NCBI GenBank assembly: GCA_019323015.1
Contig: JAHWHY010000004.1
Coordinates: 10,907 to 74,906, forward strand
Direction: 5' to 3'
DNA: 64,000 nucleotides
DNA from: Candidatus Woesearchaeota archaeon
Lineage (GTDB): Archaea > Nanobdellota > Nanobdellia > Woesearchaeales > ARS49
Part shown: piece after piece, positions 26,326 through 36,355 of the stretch
How positions within the stretch are numbered: position 1 is the stretch's first letter
How the letters are laid out: each line of letters starts with the position of its first letter
Translations under genes and position numbers: made by a program
Notes under the pieces: model-generated
Told to the model about the DNA's origin: nothing
Seen by the model: only the letters and a program-made list of their open reading frames with translations
The model's database searches: none

Positions 26326-29074
26326 TTATTTTCTGAACATTAATCTTTCCATTTTCAGAGCGAGAGACATCAATGCCGTCCTCGCCATACTCAAACTGGA
26401 TAATCCTGTAATTAGCATCACGAACAGACCTATCATACTCCACCCTCAAGTCCTGCATTGCATTAGCGAGCCTTCGATACAGATAACCAGACTTAGGTGT
26501 TCTCAAAGCAGTATCCATCAAGCTGTCCCTTCCTACAATAGCATGGAAGAAAAACTCTTTAGGATTCAAGCCATGCTTGAAACCATGCCTGACAAAACCC
26601 CTTGCCTCTGGACTCAAGTCACCTTTCTTAAAGCAAGAAAGAGTCCTTCCAGAGTAACCTTTCTTTATCCTGCTTCCATGCAGAGCCTGCTGGCCTGCAC
26701 AAGCAGACATCTGAGAAATATTAAGATAAGAACCTCTTGCACCAGATTCAGCCATTGCAATCGTATTTGTAGTCTTATCAGCATACTCCTTGACAAGATT
26801 AATACATTTAGTTCTTGCCTTGTTAAGCAATTCAAGAATACGCAGTTCAAGAGTTTCTTCAATAGATCTTCCAGGGAAAGCTTCCAGAGTTCCAGCTTCA
26901 TACGCCTTGATCATCTGGTGAGCCTCTTCCTCAGCTTTATTTAATGTTTCAGCAATCAAATCATTAGCTTCTTGAGGCATATCAAGATCAGAAAGCTTTG
27001 CAGTAAATCCAGTGATAAGCAATGTTTCAATACCAAGCTTCAATATGTTATGCAAAATATCAATTGTCTTAGTAGGGCCATACTTCTTGTGCATGCTTCT
27101 CAGCAAGAATCCAGCACCTTCTCCACCAAGACTTGTCTTGTCCATCACACCCTCAATTAATTTACCATTTTCAATAATAACATCCTTGCCATCTCTTGAC
27201 TTTCCCTTGAAATTAAAATCAGAAGGAAGCAAAACACTGAAAATCTCTTTACCATTAACAATTTTCTTGTTAGGCAATCCTGAAATATCAGTAATACCTG
27301 CCTGGCAAAGCAAAGCAACTGCATCTTCCCTAGGCATTTCCTGTTCTTTGGTAAGCAAGTAATTACCAGAGATGCCGTCATGCAAGCATCCCATGACGCT
27401 CAAGCCATACCTTGGACTGATTAATTGTGTCTGAACCTGCATAAGAATCTCTGCCTCTGCCCTAGATTCCTCTGTCTGAGGAATGTGCAAGTTCATCTCA
27501 TCCCCGTCAAAGTCAGCGTTATAAGGAGCACAAACAGCAGGATTAATCCTTAAAGTCTTGTAAGGCAGAACCTTGACCTTGTGGCACATCATACTCATCC
27601 TGTGCAGAGAAGGCTGCCTGTTAAAAATAGCAATATCTCCATCCATCAAATGCCTCTCAACAACATAACCAGGCTGAAGCTCCTCAAGAGCAGCCTCTTT
27701 AGTCTCTTCAGTAATCTTTTTTCTCTTGCCATCAGGCCTGATAATATAATTAGCACCAGGATAAACACCAGGGCCGCGCTCAACAAACTTTCTCAAGTAA
27801 GCCATATTCCACTCATTAATTGTCTCAGGAACAGTAAGCTTTCTCGCAACTACAGCTGGAACTCCAACCTCATTCAAGCCAAGCATAGGGTCTGGGCTGA
27901 TAACTGTCCTAGAGCAAAAATTAGTTCTCTTACCAGCAAGATTGTGCCTAATCCTTCCTTCCTTACTCTTGATTCTTTGAGTTATTGTTTTTAGCGGCTG
28001 ACCAGAACGATGACGAGCAGGAGGCAATTGAGCAACAGTATTATCCAAGAAAGTAGTTACGTGATACTGCAGCAAGTCCCACAAGTCCTCAATAATAATC
28101 TCAGGAGCACCAGCATTAATGTTCTCAAACAACCTTTGGTTAATCCTAACAATATCGCCTAACTTGTGCGTGAGATCGTCTTCAGAACGCTCACCAGATT
28201 CCAGAGTAATAGAAGGCCTTATTGTAACAGGAGGAATAGACAGAACAGTGATAACCATCCATTCAGGCCTTGCAAACACAGGATTAAGACCATACAATAC
28301 AGCATCATCATCCTGAACCTTCTCCAGCCTAGACCTCACTTCAATAGGACTAAGTTTTTTATCACCTTCAAAGAAAGTAGAAGGCTTTTCAATAGAAATT
28401 TTCTGCTGAGCAGCCTTGCAGTGAGGACATTTCTTGACAGTCTTAAGCTTAGCAATAGACTTTCTAATCTCTTCCTGCCGGGCTTCATAACCCTCAGTAG
28501 CCTCAATTTCATCAAGATGCTTCTTGAAAGATGTCATCTTATTCTTAGGGATAAGCAACCTTCCGCAATCCCTGCAAATACACCTCAATAAATTATGAAT
28601 CACAGGAATAAACTTTATGTGAAAAACAGGCCTGGCTAATTCAATATAACCAAAATGGCCAATACACTCTTTTAGTTTACAACCGCAGGTCTTACATCTC
28701 AGACCAGGATCAATAACACCAAGTCTTACATCCATCAAGCCGCCATCAACTGGATAACCCTCTTTATCATAAAGTTCTGGAGTCACTATCTTTGCAGAAG
28801 CCATCTTCTTAATCATCTTAGGGCTAAGAATACCAAAAACAATGCTTTCCACCTGCTTGAAAACAGGATGCATCAAAGCCTCAGCCCTCTCTCTAGTTAT
28901 GGGCTGTCTTTCCTTGGTCTCTTCAACAACCTCCTCTCCAGGCGCTTCTGTATCAGTAGACTCTTCAGCAACTTCTTCAATCTTTTCAGGAGCTTCCTCT
29001 GCCTTTTCCGGCTCTTCCTGAACCTCTTCCTCAGGCTCTTCAACTTTCTTTTCTTCTTTCTTTTTCTTTGCCAT
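26312..29074 (-). CDS. rpoA1: DNA-directed RNA polymerase subunit A', with a ~67-aa acidic N-terminal extension
   Basis: Zn motifs [20 protein letters not shown] and the catalytic [10 protein letters not shown]. The ATG lies 1 nt after the rpoB' stop, and the extension is E/K/P/A low complexity. Confidence 0.9.
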   Translation of the reverse strand: MAKKKKEEKKVEEPEEEVQEEPEKAEEAPEKIEEVAEESTDTEAPGEEVVEETKERQPITRERAEALMHPVFKQVESIVFGILSPKMIKKMASAKIVTPELYDKEGYPVDGGLMDVRLGVIDPGLRCKTCGCKLKECIGHFGYIELARPVFHIKFIPVIHNLLRCICRDCGRLLIPKNKMTSFKKHLDEIEATEGYEARQEEIRKSIAKLKTVKKCPHCKAAQQKISIEKPSTFFEGDKKLSPIEVRSRLEKVQDDDAVLYGLNPVFARPEWMVITVLSIPPVTIRPSITLESGERSEDDLTHKLGDIVRINQRLFENINAGAPEIIIEDLWDLLQYHVTTFLDNTVAQLPPARHRSGQPLKTITQRIKSKEGRIRHNLAGKRTNFCSRTVISPDPMLGLNEVGVPAVVARKLTVPETINEWNMAYLRKFVERGPGVYPGANYIIRPDGKRKKITEETKEAALEELQPGYVVERHLMDGDIAIFNRQPSLHRMSMMCHKVKVLPYKTLRINPAVCAPYNADFDGDEMNLHIPQTEESRAEAEILMQVQTQLISPRYGLSVMGCLHDGISGNYLLTKEQEMPREDAVALLCQAGITDISGLPNKKIVNGKEIFSVLLPSDFNFKGKSRDGKDVIIENGKLIEGVMDKTSLGGEGAGFLLRSMHKKYGPTKTIDILHNILKLGIETLLITGFTAKLSDLDMPQEANDLIAETLNKAEEEAHQMIKAYEAGTLEAFPGRSIEETLELRILELLNKARTKCINLVKEYADKTTNTIAMAESGARGSYLNISQMSACAGQQALHGSRIKKGYSGRTLSCFKKGDLSPEARGFVRHGFKHGLNPKEFFFHAIVGRDSLMDTALRTPKSGYLYRRLANAMQDLRVEYDRSVRDANYRIIQFEYGEDGIDVSRSENGKINVQKIIDTV

Positions 29075-29075
29075 G

Positions 29076-30875
29076 TTAATACTTGCTCTTTAACTGAAGT
29101 TTTGGATAGATACCCAATGACTTAAACTCATCAAGTATCAGCTTAAAAGCATAACTAAGCTCAATATCATTAACATCAGAATCACCGCACATAGGACAGT
29201 AACGCTTCTCTTTCTGCGCATCATAAATAGCGATAAGGCCGCATTTCTCGCAAACAGGAACAACAGTCTTGTCAGAATCAAACCGCTCCTTCAAGAGCAA
29301 AGAAGCTCCGTGAGCAACAAGCGTATCTTTCTCCATCTCTCCAAGCCTCAAACCGCCTTCCTTAGCACGGCCCTCTGTAGGCTGTCTTGTCAGCAACTGG
29401 ATAGGGCCCCTTGCTCTTGCCTGCAATTTATTCGCAACCATGTGCTTAATCTTCTGATAATACATGCTGCCGATAAAAATCTTGACCTGGAACTGCTCTC
29501 CTGTAATACCATTATACATGGTCTCTGTTCCATCTTCCCTAAATCCCAATGAAAGCAATTCTTTTCTGATTCTTTCCTCTGGCTCTGAACCAAAAGTAGT
29601 AGCATCAACATAACGACCAGCAAGAGCGCCAGTCTTGCCGCCAATAATCTCAAGAAGATGAGACACAGTCATCCTTGACGGGATACCATGCGGAGTAAAA
29701 ATCAAATCAGGAACAATTCCAGAAGCAGTAAAAGGCATATCACTCTGAGGCACAATCAAGCCAATAACACCCTTCTGACCGTGCCTAGAGACAAACTTGT
29801 CACCAATCTCTGGAATTCTCTGATCCCTAATCCTAACCTGAACCAGCTTGTTACCTTCCTCATTCTCTGTAATCAAAACAAAATCAACAACACCTTTCTC
29901 TCCGTGCCTCAATGCAACAGAGCTCTCTCTCCTGATATTAGATGCAAGTGAATAATCTTCTAATGAACTCAAGAATCTCGGAGGAGAAGTCTTGCCAATG
30001 ACAACATCCTCTTCCTTTACAACAGCCTCTGGATAAACAATGCCGTCCTCTTCCAGCAATCTGTAATCTTTCTCAGACTTGTAACCCTTTATTTCCTTGT
30101 CAGGAATGCAAATCTCGTCTGTCAAGCCGCCAGAGTACCTTAATTCATCAGCAATCGCAGGCCTGAAATAACTGTTTCTTCCAAGACCACGCTCAATACT
30201 TCCTTTATTAAGAATAATTGCGTCCTCCATATTATACCCTTTATAGCACATGACAGCAATAACAAGGTTCTGTCCAGAAGGATGCTTGTCAAAATCACAC
30301 AAATCATGCATTATTGAATTAACAATAGGAGCCTGCGGGTAATGAAGCATGTTAACATCCATGTCAATCCTCACAGGAAAATTAGAAGCATAAAAACCAA
30401 TCGCGTGCTTCTGATTCTTGGAACCAATACTCAACCTCGCAGACTGGATATACTGCCCAAAAGGAACTAAAGTAGTTACTAAACCAAGCATGCACAAAGG
30501 AGAAATCTCCAGGTGAGTGTGCTCAGGAGTAAGCTCTTTTTCAGAAAAAGCAACCAATGCATTCTCTTCTTCAGCAGCATCAATGTACTCGATAACACCC
30601 TGCTCTGCAAGGTCTTTCCAGGTAATCTCCTTTTTCTGCAGCTGCTTGATGTGCTTTTCTGTAAGCAATGGAATGCCATCCTTGACAATAATTAGAGGTC
30701 TTCTTGTTCTTCCCCGCAAGCTCTCAACAAAAATCTGATCAAGCTTGTCATCATAATAAAAATTCACATTAGGGCTCATCACACCAGAACGCCTGTCTGA
30801 CTTGATACGCTCAATAAACTCAGAACTATTATCAACAGTTCCAGCAAATTTCCCATTCAAATAAACTTCTGTCAT
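29076..30875 (-). CDS. rpoB1: DNA-directed RNA polymerase subunit B' (C-terminal part of split RpoB)
   Basis: GDKFVSRHGQKGVIG, the PFTASGIVPDLIFTPHGIPSRMT block, and a C-terminal Zn ribbon CEKCG...CPMCG. Confidence 0.9.
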   Translation of the reverse strand: MTEVYLNGKFAGTVDNSSEFIERIKSDRRSGVMSPNVNFYYDDKLDQIFVESLRGRTRRPLIIVKDGIPLLTEKHIKQLQKKEITWKDLAEQGVIEYIDAAEEENALVAFSEKELTPEHTHLEISPLCMLGLVTTLVPFGQYIQSARLSIGSKNQKHAIGFYASNFPVRIDMDVNMLHYPQAPIVNSIMHDLCDFDKHPSGQNLVIAVMCYKGYNMEDAIILNKGSIERGLGRNSYFRPAIADELRYSGGLTDEICIPDKEIKGYKSEKDYRLLEEDGIVYPEAVVKEEDVVIGKTSPPRFLSSLEDYSLASNIRRESSVALRHGEKGVVDFVLITENEEGNKLVQVRIRDQRIPEIGDKFVSRHGQKGVIGLIVPQSDMPFTASGIVPDLIFTPHGIPSRMTVSHLLEIIGGKTGALAGRYVDATTFGSEPEERIRKELLSLGFREDGTETMYNGITGEQFQVKIFIGSMYYQKIKHMVANKLQARARGPIQLLTRQPTEGRAKEGGLRLGEMEKDTLVAHGASLLLKERFDSDKTVVPVCEKCGLIAIYDAQKEKRYCPMCGDSDVNDIELSYAFKLILDEFKSLGIYPKLQLKSKY

Positions 30876-30876
30876 T

Positions 30877-32361
30877 TTACAAAGTCTTTAAACCTGCATT
30901 TTTAAGCAATTTAAGGATTTCCGCCTCTTTCAAATCCCTTGAGACCTGAGCCATCAAGGCAAAATTCTTTTTCAATCCAATATTAGTACCTTCAGGAGTC
31001 TCACTAGGGCACAATCTTCCAAGATGCGTCGCATGCAATTCTCTTGCCTCAAAATTCTCCTGCGTGTTAGACAACGGAGAACCAACCCTCTGCAAGTGAC
31101 TGATGGTATTAAGATAATTAACTCTCTGGATTCTCTGAGAAATACCTTTTCTTCCGCCAACCCAGTTTCCTGTAGCCATAGCAGAATATATTCTTGATGT
31201 AAGCAATTTATCTCTAATGATAATCTTTATACTTGGGAATTTTCCTCTCTTAACAATCCTCTGAAAATTATATAATAGGTCACCAATCAAGACTTTCAGA
31301 TTAGTCCTGAAAAGATCTGCCAAAAGATCGCCAGACATCTTAATACGCTTGTTCATGTAGTGATCCTTGTCATCCTTTGGTGTCTCGCCAGTGCTCACTG
31401 AAATAAATTTCCTGAGCATCTTACATAAGTTATACGCTTTCTGCATCCTGTCATCCTGCTTTGTGCCGACATGAGGAAGAAGATACTTATCAACAATTTC
31501 CTGAATCCTTTCAAGCCGAATCTCTTTTGATTGTGTGATTCCAATCTTCTTTGCAATATAATCCATAGCTTCCTCAGGAGACTTGATGTTTGCAAATTCA
31601 AACAAGTTGATAAGAACCTCGTCATATTGTTTTTGTTTAGAAATAATCTGCATTATTTCCTCATCCTTGATGAGGCCTAATGCCTTGATGACAACAACCA
31701 AAGGAATACGCTTGACCCTTGTGAACGTAAGATAATAAAGCCCGTCTTTCAATCTTTCAACAGTGTGAGGAATCTTGTAAGGGCCGCTCTCTGAAAAAAT
31801 CTTGCCAAGATACGGGCTGATGCCGGTCTTTTGCGGCTCAACCAAGAACCTGTTTGCTGCTAAATCCTCTATATTAACCAAGACTCTCTCAGTGCCGTTG
31901 ATAATGAAATAACCGCCAGGGTCATCAGGATCCTCGCCTTTATCAACAAGCTCGTCCTTGTTCAGCTTGTTTAAGTGGCAGAAATTGCTCTTAAGCATTA
32001 TAGGAAGACTTCCAATCTGCGTGGTAAAAGTCTCTCTTTGGACATTATTAATATGAGAACTAACTTCAATAAAAACAGGCGCAGCATAACTGATTTTTCT
32101 CAGTCTTGCCTCAACAGGAAAAATAGGTCTCTTAGAACCGTCTGCCTCTGTAATCTCCGGCTTTTCAATCCATATCTTATCTAAGCGGATTTTGAAGCTT
32201 TCAACATTAGGAGGAATAATTGTCGGTTCAATTGTCTTGTTTTCCTCAATTATTTTTTGCAGCTCTTTTTCAACAAAATAATTAAAGCTCTCAATATCTG
32301 AAAGTACAAAAGAATTCTCATCAAAATACTTCTCGATCAAAATCTTTGAGTAATTAGGCAC
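30877..32361 (-). CDS. rpoB2: DNA-directed RNA polymerase subunit B'' (N-terminal part of split RpoB)
   Basis: GYFIINGTERVLV and the HLGRLCPSETPEGTNIGL blocks. Confidence 0.9.
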   Translation of the reverse strand: MPNYSKILIEKYFDENSFVLSDIESFNYFVEKELQKIIEENKTIEPTIIPPNVESFKIRLDKIWIEKPEITEADGSKRPIFPVEARLRKISYAAPVFIEVSSHINNVQRETFTTQIGSLPIMLKSNFCHLNKLNKDELVDKGEDPDDPGGYFIINGTERVLVNIEDLAANRFLVEPQKTGISPYLGKIFSESGPYKIPHTVERLKDGLYYLTFTRVKRIPLVVVIKALGLIKDEEIMQIISKQKQYDEVLINLFEFANIKSPEEAMDYIAKKIGITQSKEIRLERIQEIVDKYLLPHVGTKQDDRMQKAYNLCKMLRKFISVSTGETPKDDKDHYMNKRIKMSGDLLADLFRTNLKVLIGDLLYNFQRIVKRGKFPSIKIIIRDKLLTSRIYSAMATGNWVGGRKGISQRIQRVNYLNTISHLQRVGSPLSNTQENFEARELHATHLGRLCPSETPEGTNIGLKKNFALMAQVSRDLKEAEILKLLKNAGLKTL

Positions 32362-32596
32362 TTGTCACCCTCCTATAAAATACTGACTGTCCAGCTGTAG
32401 AACTTTTTCTAATAATCTTGATAATGTCACCAGGCTTGACTTTCAGATGAGCGATAGCTGGATCTTCCTTGTAAATTCTCGGAAGCTCAATACCACTAAG
32501 ATTATATTTTTCATTAATCTTCTTTTTCTCAGCTTCACTCACCACAGTATGCACTGGAACCAGCTTATGTTTTGTCACGTCGATTTTTTTAGCCAT
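32354..32596 (-). CDS. rpoH: DNA-directed RNA polymerase subunit H (Rpb5-like)
   Basis: MAKKIDVTKHKLVPVHTVVSEAE...LPRIYKEDPAIAHL...GDIIKIIR. ATG at 32596. The 49 upstream codons of the track ORF run through the tRNA-Lys gene and are rejected. Confidence 0.85.
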   Translation of the reverse strand: MAKKIDVTKHKLVPVHTVVSEAEKKKINEKYNLSGIELPRIYKEDPAIAHLKVKPGDIIKIIRKSSTAGQSVFYRRVTSA

Positions 32597-32614
32597 TTTG
32601 TTTTTGAGCGTTAC

Positions 32615-32725
32615 GGGCCGGACGAGATTCGAACTCGCGACCACCTGATTTCTTCTTTGCGAATAAAAGTCAGGTGCTCTATTGCCCGAAACATGATTGT
32701 TTCTCCAGGCTGAGCTACCGGCCCA
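32615..32725 (-). tRNA. tRNA-Lys(UUU) with two introns (D-loop, 32683-32705, 23 nt; canonical 37/38, 32651-32664, 14 nt)
   Basis: Hand fold: GGGCCGG/CCGGCCC acceptor, discriminator G, GCTC..GAGC D stem, CCTGA-CTTTTA[intron]A-TCAGG, T arm GCGAG-TTCGAAT-CTCGT. Spliced length is 74 nt including the discriminator (111 minus 37 intron nt). Confidence 0.8.
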
Positions 32726-32755
32726 TTGTGCGATAGTCTCCACTCTACTACTTGA

Positions 32756-32768
32756 TTATAAATTAAAA
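32756..32768 (-). promoter_or_regulatory. TATA-like element (TTTAATTTATAAT) upstream of tRNA-Lys / rpo operon
   Basis: Centred about 37 nt upstream of the tRNA 5' end on the minus strand. Confidence 0.4.
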
Positions 32769-32838
32769 CGTGAGCAGTATATCTCTATCAATTTTAATAG
32801 TCCCCTCTGGCACAATACAGCTTGAAACTCCTGGTTTG

Positions 32839-32853
32839 TTTATAAAGCTTTCG
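32839..32853 (-). promoter_or_regulatory. Copy of the palindromic BRE/TATA motif CGAAAGCTTTATAAA
   Basis: Same 15-mer as at 35773-35788 and 48529-48544. Sits between the divergent tRNA-Lys/rpo operon and the 32909 gene. Confidence 0.4.
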
Positions 32854-32908
32854 CTTTTTAAGGAAGATTTTCATAAAGTATATATACACATAAGAAAATC
32901 AGGAAAAT

Positions 32909-33697
32909 ATGGAAATAAGGCTTGACCTGCGCAAGACAATTGAGCAAAACGCTTCTGCGTATTTTGACAAGGCAAAAAAAGCAAAGAAAAAAATAGCAGG
33001 GGTAAAGAAAGCACTAAAAGAATTTGAGAAAGAACACGAGAAAATAGTGCAACAAAAAGAACAAGCTGTTTCTAAAGAAGAAGACAAGATTGAATTAAAA
33101 AAAGAGAAAGAAAAAGCCAAAAAAACAAAAAAATGGTATGAAAAATTCAGGTGGTTTATCTCTTCAGAGGGATTTCTATGCATCGGGGGCAGGGACGCAA
33201 CAACAAATGAGATAATTGTCAAAAAACACGCTGAAAAAGATGACATTGTGTTTCACACAGAAGCACCAGGAAGCCCCTTCTTTGTAATAAAAACAGAAGG
33301 GAAGAAAGTTGGTGAGCAGACACTGAAAGAAGCTGCACAAGCAACTGCAATCTATTCAAGAGCATGGAAAATGGGCCTTGCAACAGCACTAGTTTACTGG
33401 ATAAAACCAGAACAGGTCCGCAAGGAATTAGGGCTGCCAAAAGGAAGCTTCATGATACACGGCAAAAGAAATTATTCAGAACCAGTTTTACAAATTGCAG
33501 TTGGCGTCTTGCCAGATGAAAGAGTGATGGGCGGGCCTGTTGAAGCTGTGAAGAAAAACTGCGGAAAAATAGTTGTACTTGTGCAGGGCAAAAAGAAAAA
33601 AAGTGACATAGCCAAAAAAATCAAAAAAGAAATCAACAGAGACCTGGATGAAATAATATCAGCACTTCCTGCAGGAGAATTTGAGATTAAGAAGTAA
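32909..33697 (+). CDS. NFACT-R / DUF814 domain protein (short Rqc2/FbpA-related)
   Basis: Coiled-coil K/E N-terminus followed by KWYEKFRWFISSEGFLCIGGRDATTNEIIVKKHAEKDDIVFHTEAPGSPFFVIK. Confidence 0.65.
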   Translation: MEIRLDLRKTIEQNASAYFDKAKKAKKKIAGVKKALKEFEKEHEKIVQQKEQAVSKEEDKIELKKEKEKAKKTKKWYEKFRWFISSEGFLCIGGRDATTNEIIVKKHAEKDDIVFHTEAPGSPFFVIKTEGKKVGEQTLKEAAQATAIYSRAWKMGLATALVYWIKPEQVRKELGLPKGSFMIHGKRNYSEPVLQIAVGVLPDERVMGGPVEAVKKNCGKIVVLVQGKKKKSDIAKKIKKEINRDLDEIISALPAGEFEIKK

Positions 33698-33738
33698 ACT
33701 TTATATTCTGTAATAGTTTATTCATTAATGGTGGGAGA

Positions 33739-34428
33739 TTGAGTCTAGAAATCTACTTGATTAGACATGCAGAATCAGAATCCAATATTGACCAGGATAG
33801 AGTAATTGGACGCAGCAATTGGATTAAATTAACTCCGCATGGTATTGATCAAGCACGCGCGCTTGGAGATCGTTTTAGAAAAGAAGGAATAGTATTTGAT
33901 GCTATTTACAGTTCGCCTGCAGTTCGAGCACGAAAAACAGCACGGCATTGTTTTGAATCCTCTGGCCGCCTATTGCACCCAATAGAATTAGACTTTGAAC
34001 TCCAAGAAATAAGCCAGGGAGATTTTGAAGGCAGGCTATGTAAAGAAGTCTACACAGAAGATGTTATGGCAATGCTAGATGCAGATAACTGGAATTATGC
34101 TTTAGGCGACAAGATCAAAGGAGAGACTCCGCGCATGGCTGCCAAAAGACTGAGGGACTGGATGGAAAAAAAAGCAGAAGAGCATAATGACGGCAGAATC
34201 TTTGTATCTACACATGGCATGATATTGAAATATACGTTTGCAGATATTTTTGACTTAAACAAAAGAACATCGTATAAAATACCTTTTGGCAATACCAGTA
34301 TTACCATGCTTAATTATGAAAACGGAGAATTCACTTGTGTTGTGAAGAATGATACTTCTCATCTAAGAGAAGCAGGGTTATCTTCTATTACCTGGAAACA
34401 TGATGATCCTGAGACGGACAAAAAATAA
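33739..34428 (+). CDS. Histidine phosphatase superfamily (phosphoglycerate-mutase-like) protein
   Basis: IYLIRHAESESN (RHG-type motif) and a distal STHGMIL. TTG start according to the track. Confidence 0.75.
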   Translation: MSLEIYLIRHAESESNIDQDRVIGRSNWIKLTPHGIDQARALGDRFRKEGIVFDAIYSSPAVRARKTARHCFESSGRLLHPIELDFELQEISQGDFEGRLCKEVYTEDVMAMLDADNWNYALGDKIKGETPRMAAKRLRDWMEKKAEEHNDGRIFVSTHGMILKYTFADIFDLNKRTSYKIPFGNTSITMLNYENGEFTCVVKNDTSHLREAGLSSITWKHDDPETDKK

Positions 34429-34472
34429 GAAATAAAAAGTATAGAAAATTTCTGTTGAAATTTTATATTTTG

Positions 34473-35654
34473 TTATCTCCTAGGCCTTCTATGAAACTGC
34501 CTTCTTCTAGGTTGGTCCTGCCTATCAATCCTGACATGAATGCTTTTCAAAGCAGGCGTTCTTGTCTTTTGGACATTGAACTCGCTGTACTCGCGAAGTA
34601 CTCTTGAAAAATTATCGTGGTCATAATCACACAAAAGATTTACAACCATTCCTTCTTCACCCGCCCTTGCAGTCCTGCCAATCCTATGGACATAATCCTT
34701 TGCATCCTTAGGAATGTCATAATTATAGACATGAGACACGTTATCAATGTCCAGGCCTCTTGCAGCCACGTCTGTGCAGACCAAGACACCAACTTTTGCA
34801 TTGTTGAATAAATCAATAGTCTTAGTCCTTTTGTTCTGTGTAAAACCGCCGTGAATTGCAACAGCACGAATCTTGTTAGCCTTAAGATTCTTGACAACAA
34901 AATCAGTGTTTTTCCTTGAATTGCAGAAAACCATAACCAATCCCCTGTTCTCACTTTTTAACAAATGAACAAGCAAGGAAAGCTTCTGGTTCTTCTGAAC
35001 ATCAAAATAAACCTGCCTAAGCTTTTTAGGATCAACCATCTTTGTGGCAGACACCTTTGTGGGCTGAATCATGAATTTATTCGCAAACTTCTTTATGTCA
35101 TGCGAAATTGTCGCTGAGAAAAACAAGGTCTGCCTCTTCTTAGGGCACTGCCTTATAATTCTCTCAATATCCTCAATAAAACCCATGTCAAACATGCGGT
35201 CAGCCTCATCCAAGACCAACACCTTGATTTTAGAAATATCAATAGTTCTTCTCTGAAGATGGTCTAACAGTCTTCCAGGAGTAGCCACAACAACATCTGC
35301 CTTTGGAATCTTATCAATCTGTGGATTAATTGCAACACCGCCGTAGATACTCAATATATTCAAGCGCTTTGTTTTTGCAAGCTGGGTGATGACACCCTTG
35401 ACCTGCTCTGTAAGCTCTCTTGTAGGGGTAAGAATCAAGGCCTGCAAGCCCTTTCCAGGACTGACCTGCTCAATAATACCGCACCCAAAAGCCAGGGTCT
35501 TTCCAGAGCCAGTAGCTGACTCTCCAATAACGTCTTTCCCTTTAATTATATGCGGGATAGACCTGCCCTGAATCTGTGTAGGATTAGTAAATCCTAAATC
35601 TTTAATACTTGTCACTAATTCTTGGCTTAAGCCAAAATTATCAAATAAGTTCAT
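34473..35654 (-). CDS. DEAD-box ATP-dependent RNA helicase
   Basis: Q motif, ATGSGKT, PTRELT, DEAD, SAT, and HRIGRTARAG. Basic R-rich C-terminal tail. Confidence 0.9.
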   Translation of the reverse strand: MNLFDNFGLSQELVTSIKDLGFTNPTQIQGRSIPHIIKGKDVIGESATGSGKTLAFGCGIIEQVSPGKGLQALILTPTRELTEQVKGVITQLAKTKRLNILSIYGGVAINPQIDKIPKADVVVATPGRLLDHLQRRTIDISKIKVLVLDEADRMFDMGFIEDIERIIRQCPKKRQTLFFSATISHDIKKFANKFMIQPTKVSATKMVDPKKLRQVYFDVQKNQKLSLLVHLLKSENRGLVMVFCNSRKNTDFVVKNLKANKIRAVAIHGGFTQNKRTKTIDLFNNAKVGVLVCTDVAARGLDIDNVSHVYNYDIPKDAKDYVHRIGRTARAGEEGMVVNLLCDYDHDNFSRVLREYSEFNVQKTRTPALKSIHVRIDRQDQPRRRQFHRRPRR

Positions 35655-35772
35655 TGTATTTACCTCATATTACTATTTAAGCACTTTAAAGAAAAAGCGA
35701 AATGCTCATGATAATGATCAAGTGCTTTCTCGTCAGTTATTATGCTTATTGAATATTAGTGGATTTTGGTGC

Positions 35773-35788
35773 TTTATAAAGCTTTCGG
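35773..35788 (-). promoter_or_regulatory. BRE/TATA promoter (CCGAAAGCTTTATAAA) for the helicase gene
   Basis: Consensus motif overlapping the stop of the upstream gene, about 120 nt before the helicase ATG. Confidence 0.45.
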
Positions 35789-36355
35789 TTTCTTGTTGAA
35801 TTCCACATTTACGCTTTCATAAGCGATATCTTGGATAGCAGCAGAAAAAGCACTAGTGCAGCCTGCCAACCGAACATTAGCAAACTCTTCTTTTTTAGCA
35901 GTCTCAAGGATTGTTTTCAGGTTTTTGGAATCAGTCAGGTAACCTTCCTTACTATCTGGTTCTGCTTTTCTGTAAACAACAGGTGACTTTAGTTTCATAA
36001 GCCCATCACAAATAACATGATATGCATCAATCATGTCTAATCCTCTTTTTTGCATGCTTTTTCCCGGCTCTACATATCTCTCCGGAGCATAAGTCCAGGT
36101 CTTAACAATTTTTTGCATTGTCTCTTGATCACTTGGGCTGACTTTAATTGTCAGCAAGGCCTGTGTTTCAGTTTCTACAATTATAACTAAAGAAGAACCT
36201 ATAGGAATATTGTCTCTAGCCCTGCTCAACAGAGTAGTCTCTGTGCCGGCGTCGTATTGTTCTAAAAGTAATGGCATGAGATTTAGAGTTAGATATTTAT
36301 TTATAAAATTATCTAACCACCTGCACTCGTGTACTTCTTCATAGCAAGGTTCCAC
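35774..36355 (-). CDS. Hypothetical protein, last gene of the ABC-2 operon (the likely start is the internal ATG at 36277)
   Basis: The first 26 codons overlap the upstream permease gene. No recognisable motif. Confidence 0.5.
   Translation of the reverse strand: MEPCYEEVHECRWLDNFINKYLTLNLMPLLLEQYDAGTETTLLSRARDNIPIGSSLVIIVETETQALLTIKVSPSDQETMQKIVKTWTYAPERYVEPGKSMQKRGLDMIDAYHVICDGLMKLKSPVVYRKAEPDSKEGYLTDSKNLKTILETAKKEEFANVRLAGCTSAFSAAIQDIAYESVNVEFNKKPKAL

Noticed and set aside
32597-32743. N-terminal 49 codons of the track ORF 32354-32743 (an extended RpoH).
   Set aside because: This stretch runs through the tRNA-Lys gene (32615-32725). Conserved RpoH sequence begins at the ATG at 32596.
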